Source of the DNA: Pseudovirgaria hyperparasitica
Taxonomy: Eukaryota
NCBI GenBank assembly: GCA_010093815.1
Contig: ML996569.1
Direction: 5' to 3' (one strand)
DNA length: 64,000 nt
Shown here: in pieces, positions 47,062 to 59,941 of the stretch
Numbering within the stretch: the stretch's first letter is position 1
How the letters are laid out: the number at the start of each line of letters is the position of its first letter
The notes under the pieces: generated by a model
Database searches by the model: none
The model's input: the letters and a program-made list of their open reading frames with translations, nothing else
What the model was told of the DNA's origin: nothing
Translations under genes and position numbers: made by a program

Positions 47062-48543
47062 TCACTCCCCTTCATCATCGCTCATTTCGACTTCTTCTGC
47101 TTCACTACCCAGCTCTTCAGCTATGATATCAGCGCCTTCACCATCTTCGTCCCCTCCCGCATTTTCATCATAATCTTCTTCCTCAGATGATGATCCACTT
47201 CCATCACTGTCACCTTCCGATCCAGGATCGTAGTCTTCCTCTTCTTCGTCCTCCAAGTCTTGGAGCTCCGCTTCAGCCTTTGCCAACTCGGTGGCACCGT
47301 CCTCCTGCACTTCGGTCTCTTCCCCTCCTTTCGGTGGGCCGTTGATGTTCAATTTCTTGGCCTTGCGTGTGGCTGCCAGACTCGTGTCCTGCAAACTGTG
47401 CTTTTGGACATATTCATTGATTCCCGAGAAATCTGCTTGGTCAAGCATAGCAAACTCGATCTCTTGCTCCTGTTCGCCAGCTGTAACTCCGATGTTCAAG
47501 TTGAATGTCCTCTGGAGTACAGATGTGTATGACACAGATGTGATCATATCAAATGGAAAGAATGCCAGCGGTTTTTTGAAACCAAAGAGTATTCCAACAG
47601 AAGTAAAATACAGATAGCCTGTACGAGTCAGTAGTTGCTTCGAGTCTCAAGTCAAATAACGCTCACCCTCTTTGCTACCCCTGAAAGCTTTCACATGGTA
47701 TGCCTTCTCTCCTTTCCTGTGCGGCTGGGGTATACTGCTCGAGAACTCTTTATCTGTTGGGTATATGACTTGCTTTTTGTATAGGCCCAAATGCTGATCG
47801 ATGGCTCTCGACGTCGTCCCAGGGCCTGGATCCTCGCCCTCCTTGATGTCCTTACCAGTCGGTTCAACATACGTCCATACAATAGGTTCTGGCGCGGCCG
47901 CCCCCTCTGCTGCTGGCGTTATACCATCTGCACCGCGCGGTAGGACTACGAAGTTGTGTTGCTTTTTGGCCTTTTCTGGCACAGGAAGGCAGAAAACTTG
48001 ATCTATGCAGCTATTAGATCTTTATAAGCTACTGCCCAGTATCTTGACTATCATCTTACCAATTTCGCCCCAATTGGCCCCGAACTCAACCGTGTTGCTT
48101 GCTGCATTTACTCCCCGTATGCCTCCCTTCTTCACTCCAGCTTTCGAGTCTTTCTTGACAATCTCGACGTGCAGCTTCTTTCTCTGTGGTATGGAGAAGC
48201 TTACATCTGCCATTTTCCAGCTGGGAGCCACGTTGATATCGGCCCAAGTGCCTTCAGCTGCCTTCGTGTCACCATTCGCCGCATCGCTCGATATATCCAG
48301 TTTGCGTTTCTTTAGAGGTGGCTTCTCAACCTGGATTTCGCTTTGTAATGCATATATATATGCGCACAGGTCCTCGAAGAGAGGTCTCAAGGCTGAGTTC
48401 TTTTCTACAATGAAAAAGGGTCAGCATAGTCTAAAGCGCTAAGGGGATCTGTGAGATAGTCTACCAATTGCTGCATCGACTCGCAGGAACAGATCGTAAT
48501 GCGAGGTCACGAGTGCATCTTCTATGACTGTATGGCGCGACAT
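47062..48543 (-). CDS. RTT106: Histone chaperone Rtt106 (double PH domain, acidic tail; 4 exons)
   Basis: [43 protein letters not shown]...[39 protein letters not shown]; very acidic C-terminus. Confidence 0.9.
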
Positions 48544-48969
48544 AGTTAGTATATATGCGGAAGTGAATAAATATGTTGGTTGTCCAGATGGCATATCACA
48601 ATGGATTCCAGAAGACGCAGTTCGTGCTCTATACTGCGCATCATGATGCAGTCTACCACACTAAAACTGTGGGGGCACATGTGGATCGCTCTGCTAACGC
48701 GTGGGCATCACTTGGCCAACCGTCGAAATCGATAGGGGCCAACAACACTAATAACTAATATCGTCAGGCACCCGCAAATTACTAAACATTTCTGATCTCT
48801 ATAAGCTGTTTATAGGACTTCAACCTTCTGATCAACGCAAGACCTGCTTCGACCCGACACTCATTCTTCAGAGCCGTCAAACAATTAGCTACAAGCTGAA
48901 TCGCTCGTTCCAATTCGTGCACTTCATCCACAACCCTTCGCGCATGTCGTGCTTAAGTCTGCTGCACAC

Positions 48970-51450
48970 ATGAACACTCTTCGGCTCGCCAAACGAAAGG
49001 GCCAATCCTACCAGAAGGTCTCGGCGCATGATATCGATGATGCTTGGAACGACCTCGAGAAACGCCCATTAGTTGACGATAACGACTCCAACGACTCTCC
49101 TCCCTCGTGCGCAGTTTCATCTCGTGTCTCCTCCGCCTCACACCAGCCAATGCTTAGACCATCAAGATTCCAGAAGCCTCGATGGCGGTCAGGAGCATGG
49201 CGGATACGTTCCCCGCGCGCCTTTACAAGATGCTTCTCGCTGGTTCTCGGTGGTCTTATAATTCTGTTCATCATAACATTGACCAAGCTAGGCGCGGCGT
49301 CGTCAAGAGCAGTATCGCTAGGTCTATCAAAACCGAAACCACAACCCATAGTCTGGGAAGCCTTCCCATTCTTGAAGAGATATCATGGTGGAATTCGTAC
49401 ATTGGTACAGAGGTCAGAGAATGAGCCAGAGTATCCTGGTGAAGGCAAGAACATTCCGGACGTTTATGCTGGAAAGAAGAGGATTGAACAACGCGACAAT
49501 GTCGAGGATAAGACCTGGGACTTCACGAAATATGGTTCCAAGTTTAATCCTTACCCGGACTACTCGTCTGACGCGTATGTTGCCGAATGGGGCCCAGTCA
49601 AACAATGTTATCTTGATGCAGAAAACACTGTCAAGATCCCACAGCTATACGCTTACAGTGGCGTGGTCAAAGGAACTCCAGACAATGTCATTGGCTCGTA
49701 CGACGTTCTTGGTCTCAACAAAGACGTCTGTTTTGAGCGTTATGGCAGACTTGGTCCTTATGGCTACGGTTACAGCAAAAAGCTTGGAGGTAGTGGCTCA
49801 GGAATGGCAGGAGATAGGGAGGGCATTGAAGAGGTGTGGAAACAAGATTCTGAAGTCGACTATCGGAACATTGACTGGGCGGATGTTCAGGATCGATGCT
49901 TAGCAGCCAATCGTAATCGATTCGCAGAGATGTCTCAAAGTAAAAACCACTTCTACTACAACATGGGTTCTGGAGGGCCACACCGAGAGACCATGGGTAA
50001 AGAAACTGGCGAACAGACGGTAGAAGAGATCAAAACTCAAAAGACTCACGCATCTGAAGAGAATGTTGAAAAACGTCTTGCGAAGAATAAGAAGATTACC
50101 CGTAATGCCGTCATAATCCGCACCTGGTGGGACTACAATTACGACGATGAAGATATATGGTACCTGCGAGCCGTCATCTCCGAACTCGCCATCCAGACAG
50201 GTGGTGAATATACTGTCCATTTTCTAGTCCATGTCAAAGACGACAACTTGCCTATCTGGTCGGATGACCAGACTTACCAGCGTGTTCTCAACGAATCTCT
50301 CCCTGAAGAGTTCCGCGGCATGGGCACGCTCTGGACTGAAAGACAGATGGGCTTGCTTTATGGTGGTCTGGCAGAAAGTTTCTACAGAGACCTTCCCGTC
50401 CACGGTGTATACCGCAGTACTTTCATGCCATTCCAGTACTTCGCGCACCAGCATCCAGAGTATGACTTCTTCTGGCAATGGGAAATGGATCTCCGCTACA
50501 CCGGTCACTTCTATCATCTCCTCGATAAAGTCGGTGCGTGGGCTCGTCAGCAACCCAGGAAGCTTCTCTGGGAGCGATCGTCCCGCTTTTATGTGCCTTC
50601 CGAACACGGTTCATGGGATGACTTCAACACGCTTGTCAAATATCAGACAGAGCATGGAACGGGATCCAAAGGCAACATGTACCAGAAGCTGCGCGAATAT
50701 CACCCAAACCTACCAGCCAATGCTCAGGCTCCAGGGAAAGCCGAGGATCCAATCTGGGGTCCCCTACCTCCCCTTGACGATGAATTAGAGACTGACAATG
50801 ACGTCAATCCACCTGAAGGAGTCACTTTCAAGAGTGATAAGTACGAATGGGGCGTAGGTGAAGATGCTGATCTCATCACTTTCAATCCTATTTTCGACCC
50901 TGATGGCACAAACTGGATTCTTGCAGACGATGTCACAGGCTACAACACTACCCGTGGGATGCCTCCACGCCGTACCGCTATCATCACATTTGGCCGCCTG
51001 AGCAAGCGCCTACTAAACACCATGCACCGAGAGTCCTCACTTAAGAGACATACTATGTTCTCTGAGATGTGGCCTGCGTCGACCGCGCTTCATCATGGTC
51101 TAAAGGCTGTCTATGCCCCACACCCAGTTTACATTGACCGCAGATGGCCCACGGATTATCTTGCGGCCATCTTCAACGGAGGACGTAATGGCGCTGCTGG
51201 TGGCGCAAGACTGTCTGTTTTCAGCGATGAGAGACAGCACAATTTCAGGGGCACTACGTGGTACTACGATGCTGGTTTTGCGCCCAATCTATGGAAGAGA
51301 TGGATGGGCTACAAGGTTGACAATGACGGAGGCGAGCAAGAAGAATTAGAAGGTGAGGGCAGAATGTGCTTGCCTGCGATGCTAGTGCATCCTGTCAAGC
51401 AAGTTGACTTGGTGTTCGAGGAGAGTGATCGGGCGGATGGTGAGCAGTAA
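48970..51450 (+). CDS. DUF3405-family type II membrane protein (intronless)
   Basis: Single TM FSLVLGGLIILFIITL; motifs CFERYGRLGPYG, YDFFWQWEMDLRYTGH, ADLITFNPIFDP, PPRRTAIITFGRLSKRLL, SEMWPASTALHHGLKAVYAPHPVY. Confidence 0.8.
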   Translation: MNTLRLAKRKGQSYQKVSAHDIDDAWNDLEKRPLVDDNDSNDSPPSCAVSSRVSSASHQPMLRPSRFQKPRWRSGAWRIRSPRAFTRCFSLVLGGLIILFIITLTKLGAASSRAVSLGLSKPKPQPIVWEAFPFLKRYHGGIRTLVQRSENEPEYPGEGKNIPDVYAGKKRIEQRDNVEDKTWDFTKYGSKFNPYPDYSSDAYVAEWGPVKQCYLDAENTVKIPQLYAYSGVVKGTPDNVIGSYDVLGLNKDVCFERYGRLGPYGYGYSKKLGGSGSGMAGDREGIEEVWKQDSEVDYRNIDWADVQDRCLAANRNRFAEMSQSKNHFYYNMGSGGPHRETMGKETGEQTVEEIKTQKTHASEENVEKRLAKNKKITRNAVIIRTWWDYNYDDEDIWYLRAVISELAIQTGGEYTVHFLVHVKDDNLPIWSDDQTYQRVLNESLPEEFRGMGTLWTERQMGLLYGGLAESFYRDLPVHGVYRSTFMPFQYFAHQHPEYDFFWQWEMDLRYTGHFYHLLDKVGAWARQQPRKLLWERSSRFYVPSEHGSWDDFNTLVKYQTEHGTGSKGNMYQKLREYHPNLPANAQAPGKAEDPIWGPLPPLDDELETDNDVNPPEGVTFKSDKYEWGVGEDADLITFNPIFDPDGTNWILADDVTGYNTTRGMPPRRTAIITFGRLSKRLLNTMHRESSLKRHTMFSEMWPASTALHHGLKAVYAPHPVYIDRRWPTDYLAAIFNGGRNGAAGGARLSVFSDERQHNFRGTTWYYDAGFAPNLWKRWMGYKVDNDGGEQEELEGEGRMCLPAMLVHPVKQVDLVFEESDRADGEQ

Positions 51451-51825
51451 GACTGCTCTGTAATTTTCCCTTTTATGTCAATGAGAGACGAAGAAACGAG
51501 TGTCGCTTCGTGGGCATGATTATTGGCGGGCGTTTTGTGAGGGTCCAATGAGAGACCAACTGGAGCATACATAATCGGTACTTCTTCACACATCCATAGC
51601 GACAGCGCATGGTGAGACTTGGTACTCCTAAGAACATCACAGGACATGTTTGCAATTTCAATATTCTTTATCAACACGTTGGTGGCTCATGTTGATGCGC
51701 CGGTCACTTCGTCCGAGAGATACCCGAGCCTTGCATGGCAGCCTGGTGGCATCTCATTGTCACGTCCTACTTCAAACCGTCATCGTTGGATTATGAAGTT
51801 GTACTGACCTGGTTTTGAGGTCAAC

Positions 51826-53636
51826 ATGAGACTGCTCAACACATTTACGCTCGAGATTCGAGAGTTCATAGTCCAGAACACTCCGCCGTATGCTATCCTT
51901 TCGCACACGTGGGGCGTAGGCGAAATTACCTTCGAGGACCTGATCAAAGAAGACAAAACCCAGGCCAGACAGAAGAATGGCTTCCTTAAACTCAACGGTT
52001 TTTGTGAGAAAGCAAAAGAAGTTGGGTTTGAGTGGGTGTGGATGGACACTTGCTGGTGAGCAATCCTTCCTTTCTTTCCCGCCCAGAAGAAGCTAAAAGA
52101 GCCTGGGTCAGTATCGACAAGAAAAGTAGCGCGGAATTGGGTGAGGCTATAAATTCGATGTTTGCCTGGTATCAGAAGGCGAATGTCTGCTATGCCTACC
52201 TCGACGATTTCAAGTATCCGCCGAACTGCACTGAACCTGACTACATGGACTCGCCAAACGCTTATGTAGACTCCCTCAAAAAGTGCCGTTGGTTCACACG
52301 CGGTTGGACGCTTCAAGAACTGCTCGCTCCAGGCAGCATTGAGATGTACGCTCCAGACTGGAGTGAAATTGGGACCAAGGCCACTTTGGCATCTCAAATA
52401 TCATCAATAACTGGAATCCAACTGAATATCATCCGCGGGTACGGAGTGGAATTGAACGTGGCTCAAAAGTTGTCCTGGGCTGCGGGTCGATCCACAACAA
52501 AAATCGAAGACATTGCGTATTGTCTGCTGGGTATCTTCAATATAAACATGCCCTTGTTGTATGGAGAAGGGACGAAGGCGTTCCGCCGACTGCAGGAGGA
52601 GATACTGAGAACCACCGATGATTACACCTTATTCATATGGAACATCTTGGACTTCAGGACAAACCGAAGAAGCTCGTCCGGCCCATTTGCCGATTCTCCT
52701 GACGCGTTTGGATACAATAGTACAGGACAGGAGTCTCTAAGCTACGCCGATGTATCGAGCACAGATATCCAATTCCCGGAAGTAGTGGAAACTTTATCTA
52801 CAATGCCGCCAAAAATGACCAATCGTGGACTCAAGATACGTCTGCCTGTATTAAAAGTGCCCGACTTTGCGTACTATAACGGTGGGTTGCTCGTTCACTT
52901 CCCGCTGTCTGCGACCAAAGAGCTGACGACTGCGGTATGGATCCATCGTCAGAGAGTATATGGAGACAGAGTCTTTGACATGATTTTTCATCTCGAAAAA
53001 GTCCTATTGGAGAAAGACGAAGACGAGATTGAAGAACACGTAGATATAGACCTGGTTCCCCCGCATACAGGGCACCACATATGTCTCTGGCTGGAAAGCG
53101 ATGGAGATCAGTGGTGTCGTCTTCGAGGCCTCGACATTGTCTTCATTCGTGATGAAGATCTTGCCAAATTTGAGTACCAGACTGTGTATATCCAAGAGCG
53201 TGAAGAGGCCATTACGTGTTACGTACGTAGACTCGGGAGGGTCTCGAGCTTCATAATACAGGATGCCAACGGTGCCCTACAGCCGCAGTTTCAAAAAAGC
53301 TGGATAGAGCACCCCGATGATGATGGTTGGGGTGGGGTCATACACTCAGCACGATTCCGAACGACGAACAACGACTTGTTCTTCGCTCACTTTAGTATCA
53401 GTTGGTGCGAGCTAGTGGTCATCGCAGATATCAGCTCCGCACATCCATGGCTGCTCGCTGAACCTGTTGACTGGTACAAAGTCCATTACTTGGCGCGTCA
53501 AATGAGCAAATCTGCATATTTTGGGCCTGTGGTGCTTGACAGGGCAGTCGCGCGTCTACAATCGGGCATTATGGTCAGATTGTGCGTCCGACGGACCGTT
53601 GCAGCTGGGGCGACCGTAACCTTGACACTTACTTGA
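51826..53636 (+). CDS. HET-domain (heterokaryon incompatibility, HET-E N-terminal type) protein (2 exons)
   Basis: MRLLNT; PPYAILSHTW; WMDTC|CIDKKSSAEL.EAINSMFAWY (intron 52056-52111); RWFTRGWTLQELLAP; EDIAYCLLGIFNINMPLLYGEG. Confidence 0.92.
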
Positions 53637-55092
53637 GTTCTCCACAGGACAGTTCTTCTCATCATCAATCCTGCTTTCTGCGTCAGCCTAGCAACAAAGC
53701 ATGTCTGAGTGTATTTCCACAGTGACGCATCATGACGTTGTCGTATAGAGATCAATCCCCCTAATTATACGCCGGCTATCGTATCGTGAGAAACTCGCCC
53801 CAATCTTCATAACATTAGACTATAACTCAGCCGGTAACACCTGGCTGCCATCGTACCATGCAATTGTTCACATAAGTCCTTCACCTTGATGAGTCTGAAT
53901 ATCACTGAGCAAGAATAGTCAAATTCCTGGCTGCTTGTATACGAACACGGTGGCATAGGACGACGTCTTGTTCATGCATCACCAGTAGCAATCGATTCGT
54001 TCAGAGATCGTGAGAGTTGCAAACACAAAATGTCTTGCTCATCAAGGACTGTTACGCGAAATCAAAGGCGAACCGTAAAGAATACCAAAAACCGCACGAT
54101 ACTCCTAAACCCCTAAAGAAAGCTTCCATATTACATAAAACATATACAATTACAACTCACCACGATGTACCAAGATATAATACACCAACGTTCTTACTAC
54201 CTAAACACTGCACAGAGAAATGCGCCGCGTTGTGTACTTGAGCTGCAAACATAGATCTCGTCAATCATCTCCTGTCCCCTTCCAAACAATCCCAGTTCCA
54301 GACCTAATGCTAAACCCCCTTTCTAATTTCCCTCGACTCTACTCGCCCCAGACACACAACATCTCCGAAAAACATCACATCAAACATACTCAGATGCACA
54401 GTAGCTTCCATGTTCTCAAACATACACGAATCCAAAAATAAATACCCTTTCCACCACAAATATCCGAACTCCTAAATTTCCCATGGTTTCAAAAATACCC
54501 TTTCCATAAATACACGAATGTGTAAATACCCCAGCCACATCCCACATCCCTCCCAAACCTTTCCAAAACACCGCACCAGCCACCAATCACCGCCACACAT
54601 ATCCTCCCAAATCCTCTCAAACGTCTTCCGTCTCACATCCTCCTACACAGCCACGGCCGGCACCGCCACCACCACTTCCTCCGACAAAGCCTTCGACTCT
54701 GTTTCAAGCAAAGATTGATTGAACGCCATCCTTTTGTTCACTTTGAAGGAGTATTATAGGCTTGTCAGAAATCAAATAGTACGCCACAACACGCCACGAC
54801 GAGTCATGCCAAGCCATGTTAGCGAGAATAGCTCATTATTCTATCATCATCACTCACAAGCTCACATACTCACGTGCTCACATACACGATAAAGTATCTG
54901 AGCCCATACACAGTCATGCCAGACAGGGGGCTCGAGATTGAATTGAACGAACGGGGTGAAAAGCGAGCGGGGATGCACGAAACGAGAACGAACGACCTGA
55001 ACTAGCGAGGCGAACGAACGGGTGGACTGAGCTTTTGTGATTTGAATTTTTTTTTCGGTTTCGGTCCGGTTGGCGTTGGGGTTGGGGGTGGA

Positions 55093-55237
55093 GAGAGTCA
55101 TCGGGTTTGAGAGTCAGGTTTGAGAGAGCGTCTGAGAGTCAAGTGTTGAGAACGGTTTTGTGAGAGTCAGTGTTGGGGGGGTCCGGGCTTGAGCAGGTTT
55201 GGAGAGTCATGGCTGGAATGGAATCGGCTAAGAGTCA
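55093..55237. repeat. Cluster of six (G/A)AGAGTCA motifs
   Basis: GAGAGTCA at 55093, 55109, 55134, 55162 and 55202; AAGAGTCA at 55230. Confidence 0.75.
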
Positions 55238-57809
55238 GGACTGACGGATTTAGTGGTTGGGGAGGTTTGGGGGTATGGGGGTTGGGCAGGTAGGTATGTC
55301 GTGTGTGTATGTTTATTTATTAGAAGTAGGGATGAGGATGCCGAAGTCAGAGCGAGACGGATGTGTGGAGGAATGGTGCCTGGGTAATCAGCTCATGTTC
55401 ACATCGAGTTGTGTTGCATTGTCGTCTTGATACATTCCAAGTCGATCTGTTCAGGTCCTATTCCACTCCTCGCACTACACGTCCCAGCCGGGCATCACCT
55501 CCCAGTCACCAGGAACTCAAATCTACCCATCCATATGCGCATGCACATTCAACCACAAACCTCGCACACGCAGACCCGAATCCGAATACTCACTTTCTAT
55601 CAACAACACACGACGATCATCCCGCACCGCACTGCACCTCCGTACCCTAACACCACACGAAAAACCGAAAATGCTACGCTACGCTGCAGTACCATCGTGT
55701 CGACCTCCTACAACAAACTATCCCTCTACGTCAAACGTCGAATACAGCCACTAACTGCCATCTCAAGTCTATTCTTGAACCTATTTCTTCGCACTATCTC
55801 GGCCGCTGCTGATTAGGCTCCCTCTACCATTTAATACCCTTGCCCATCCATCTCATCTAGCCCCCCTGCTCCCTGCCCCCTGCCCTTCCTTCCTACCCCG
55901 TGCCCCCCCCATCCCTAGCGCTCATCACTTTGGCCCTTTCCAAAACATCCCTTTCTAGAGCATGGCTTGCTTATACATACTGTACACATGCCGGGTGTAA
56001 ATCAGTAGCCTCGGCTGCTCTATCCTTGTCCTATCTTGTGTCAACCCCCTGTCCATCTATCCTGCCATCCCTCCATCTATCAATCCCGTCCATCCTTACC
56101 ATCCATCTATTCACCAGCATGTATATATATATATAAATAGTATATAAATAGCCCACACCCTCAAAGAGCCCGCACCCGCACCGCACCGTGCGCACGCCCA
56201 CACACACGCACACCCCGGACCCACGTCCGCAGCAGCACGCCCCATGCTAACAAGCCTACATGCATGCATGCATTATGTCGCACATTAGCCCCACCAGAGA
56301 CTGACTCGGGCCTACTTCAACGGCGGTGGTATAGAACCGGGGAAAGGCAGGATGCCCGGGCGGGCACGGGCGCGGGGGGCCTTGCAACGTGCCGGATGCC
56401 GGTGTGGTGTGTGGTGTGGTGTGGGTGTACGGCGAGATCGTTCTTTGGGTTGGGGGGACGTGGCGTGGGCGCGGTGCGGGAAGGATGTTTTGACAGCGGG
56501 CTGGCTGTGTTTGTGTGAGTGGGGTTTGGGGTTTGTGTGTTGTATGGAGTTGGAGTCGGGATTTGTGTGTGTATGTGTGGTGGTGGTTGTACATTTTGAC
56601 GAAGATGGGTAAGGATGCAGACTTGCGGCTGGATTGGGGAGTATGTGTTGTTGCTTCAGTGAGTTTGTGCAGAGGTGTAGGGTAGGGAGTGCTGGAAATG
56701 CGTGTGCCAATTGACCTTCACTTCAGTCTACCTCTGGCAATCAACAATCCGGCTTCCTCGTCTCTCAAAGGCCCGAGAGAATCGGATACGGACAAGGTGG
56801 AGTCGACACGAGTCAGCGATCAATATGGTCGGTCTCTGTAGCGACCTAGACTGTAGGTGAGAGAGTTGCACAAAGTGAGCAATGGAAAGGTGCAAAAGTC
56901 TGCGGTGGCACGCGCTCAACGGTCGCTAGGGCAGGACCGGGATATGCATGGGTGAATGGTCGTTTCGGGGTTGGTTGATTAGGTGTGTACCACGCGATGA
57001 GTGGGAACTGTGTTTGTGGACGGGACAGGGCAAGATGGGGCAGGGAGATGATCTGCGTGGTGGCTATTTCATGATGATGGCGTGCATCAGCCTTGCTTAC
57101 ATGCTTGAGGTACGAGTACCCGGGATAGAAGCAGACAACATACCAAGTCTGGCGACGACGTTGAATGAGGAGGAGGAAAGAGGAAGAAGAGGAAGAGGAG
57201 GATGAACCCAGCACAGGGACAAGGCAGCCTCCATGTTAATCCTAACCAACAACGTGACACCCCAGCGGCACAGAACAAGCAAGCAAATGCCCGCGGCCGC
57301 GCTGAAGAAAGTGAAAAGGGGCGTCTGCATCTTCGCTGATCCGAAGATGAGCCCCCTTGCTACATCACATTACATACAAGGACTGCCCTATGCATTTTTG
57401 CGATTGAGTGCCTTACAGACCAGGCTCTCTCTCTCGACGGAGCGCCCTCCGAACGCACATGCGGATGGAGGCTGAACAGGCACGATCGGACGCTGCATCT
57501 CACCTCTTCTATCCGTTCTACTCTATATCTCTTACCACTAATGCATGCATGCAGACCACACTCTCCACACACCCAAAGCAAACCTTCACAGGAACTACAA
57601 CCCATCGTCCCCACACATACACACATGACAGCAACGCCGAAAAGCCGTAGATCGGATATTCGTTCGTCAGCGTATTGACATACCAGTCAGTCCCAGCCGT
57701 CCTGGAAAGGAAAGGAACGAAACGCGCATATCCCCAACCCCCGTCCCCGAGCTGCGCAACGGCTGCGGAACACTGCACTCCACGACAGCAGCCGGGGGCA
57801 CAGCAGTGC

Positions 57810-59625
57810 CTGACTGACTGACTGACTGACAGACTGACAGCGGGTGATGGCGTACGTGCGACGTTGAACGGGCTGCTGTGTCTTGTCTTGTCTAGTCTAG
57901 TCCTGTCTTCCTCGCTCAGTCGGGAAGTGGCTACGTAGGTACGGTATGTACGGTAGGTACTAACGAACGGCACACACACTCCACGAAGCCGGCGGGCGTG
58001 GTAATTAGTAAACTCGCAACGAGGCACTCTGCACAGAACATAGACCCGTATATCCGATTTGTGTACACTACCAATATGTGCTCGATCGCTCGATGCAAAA
58101 ACATCAGAGGCGACGATGGACGACAAATTAGCGCCGATGTTCACCCCCTTACCCCCCTGATCCCTGGGCCTCCTGGACCCCTGACCCCTGAATCCTTGAA
58201 CTTCCTCCTTGCCTGCCTGCCTGCCACACAGCCACGCAATCCCTGCGAGAATAGAGCAGATCAGACCAGGAACTCCAGCCTTGTAATAGATGGATGCGTC
58301 GTCGGTCGTGCCCCCCGCACGAAGCTCATCGTGCGGGGGGCGTGATGCAATGTCTGCTTGTTGTTTGTGAGATCGACGCGTAAAGAGGACTATTTCGTTT
58401 TGCTGTGTTGCAGGGCTGTTGGGATGGAAATGGCAATAGAGATCGATGATCGTACTGTGCTGTGTGCTGTGCTGTAAACTGTACTCTGGGCGGGGATAGG
58501 ATCAGCGCAAGCAAGAATTCACGCCCGTTCGTTCGTCGCCAAAAGTATCCATCCATCCATTCGTCTCCCTGCTCACGAATATAGTACCAGACTCAGCGAA
58601 CGAGCCATGCTAATGCCAATGCGGCGTGTACAGTCTTGTCTTGTCTTGTCTCGTCTTGTCTTGTCTCGTCTTGTCTGGCCCGGGCGTGTATGGATGGGCT
58701 GTCTGGCTGTGTAGCTAGCTTCTTACCTAGATCCTTCTACACTCCGTTCCACACTCCCTCCAAAGCCGATGTAGGAAATTATAGTAGACAAAAATAACAA
58801 TAAGAATAAACCAAATTACGCATACAAACATAAGCGCGTGTATCATGGTCATTGTCATTGCCGTTCTGGTGTTACCTGCTGCTACTCCTCCGCAATATAA
58901 CATACATATCCATATCCTTAAACATCCCCGGTCAGCCAGTCAGTGCGTGCAGGAGACGGGAGAGGTGGAAGCGTGGTATGCTCCGACTGCCGTGTGCGTG
59001 GATGTCTGTCTGTCTGTCTGTCTGTCACGTTCGTTCGTCATCAACCATCCGTCATTACTACGCAGTCCGACCCCATAACATTATAACGTAGCATCAAATA
59101 CATTTTAGCACATCGCTATAGAAGAACACCGCTATAATGGATCAGCAGTACCTAGCTAGCTAGCTAGGTCCGCGCCTCAACCGGGGGCATGGATCCCGCT
59201 TCCGTATATCCAAATCCAAACCCCCCATCATAATCTATCTGCTCCGCTCTGTTCCCCGAAAGGAGTGTGGAAAGTAATAAATTAAAGGAAGTAAAAAAAA
59301 AAGAAAATTCCGACGATTCCACATACCCGCGCTCTTTTCTTTTGAAGGGGGGAAAGTGAATGATTATATGTTTCGCAGCGCAGAATGTGTGTGAGTGAGA
59401 GAGAGAGAGAGAGACAGACAAGAACAGGGAATTATATTAGTATGTAAACAAACAATATGAAACCAGTGTGTGCTAGCCACCCCACCCACCCACCCACTCT
59501 CTCCCTCCCGGTGACAGGAAACGTATTCTAACCGCCGAGTCTTAAAACGCCGGAAACCGCCTCCTCCCCCTAAAGATATGGAATGTTTGTTGTTGTTGTT
59601 GTAGTTGTAGTTGTAGTTGTAGTTG
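57810..59625. repeat. Microsatellite-rich non-coding tract
   Basis: (CTGA)n near 57810-57838; (GTCTT)n near 58632-58675; (CTGT)n near 59005-59025; (GA)n near 59397-59413; (CCCA)n near 59480; (TTG)n and (TAGTTG)n near 59587-59625. Confidence 0.8.
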
Positions 59626-59941
59626 TAGAGATTTGCTTGCGATTTTACCCGTGTGGTTTGTGATGATGTGATATTGAGAGCCGGAATGGGGCGATGACGG
59701 TGTTTGGCCCCCCCCCCAAAGAAAAAGCGAATTACAATGATGATGATGATAATGATGATGGTAGAGCCGTTCGTATGATAGGCACGTATGTGAAACCCGA
59801 GCGCGAAGAAGAAGAAGTAGAACCAAAAGAAGAAAGAAGAAGCAGAATAGACAACGCCAACAAGAAAGAAACCAGTAAATCATACACCCAAACAAACCCC
59901 AAGCGCAGAACCACGCATAAAACCCAACCCACCAAACCCCC

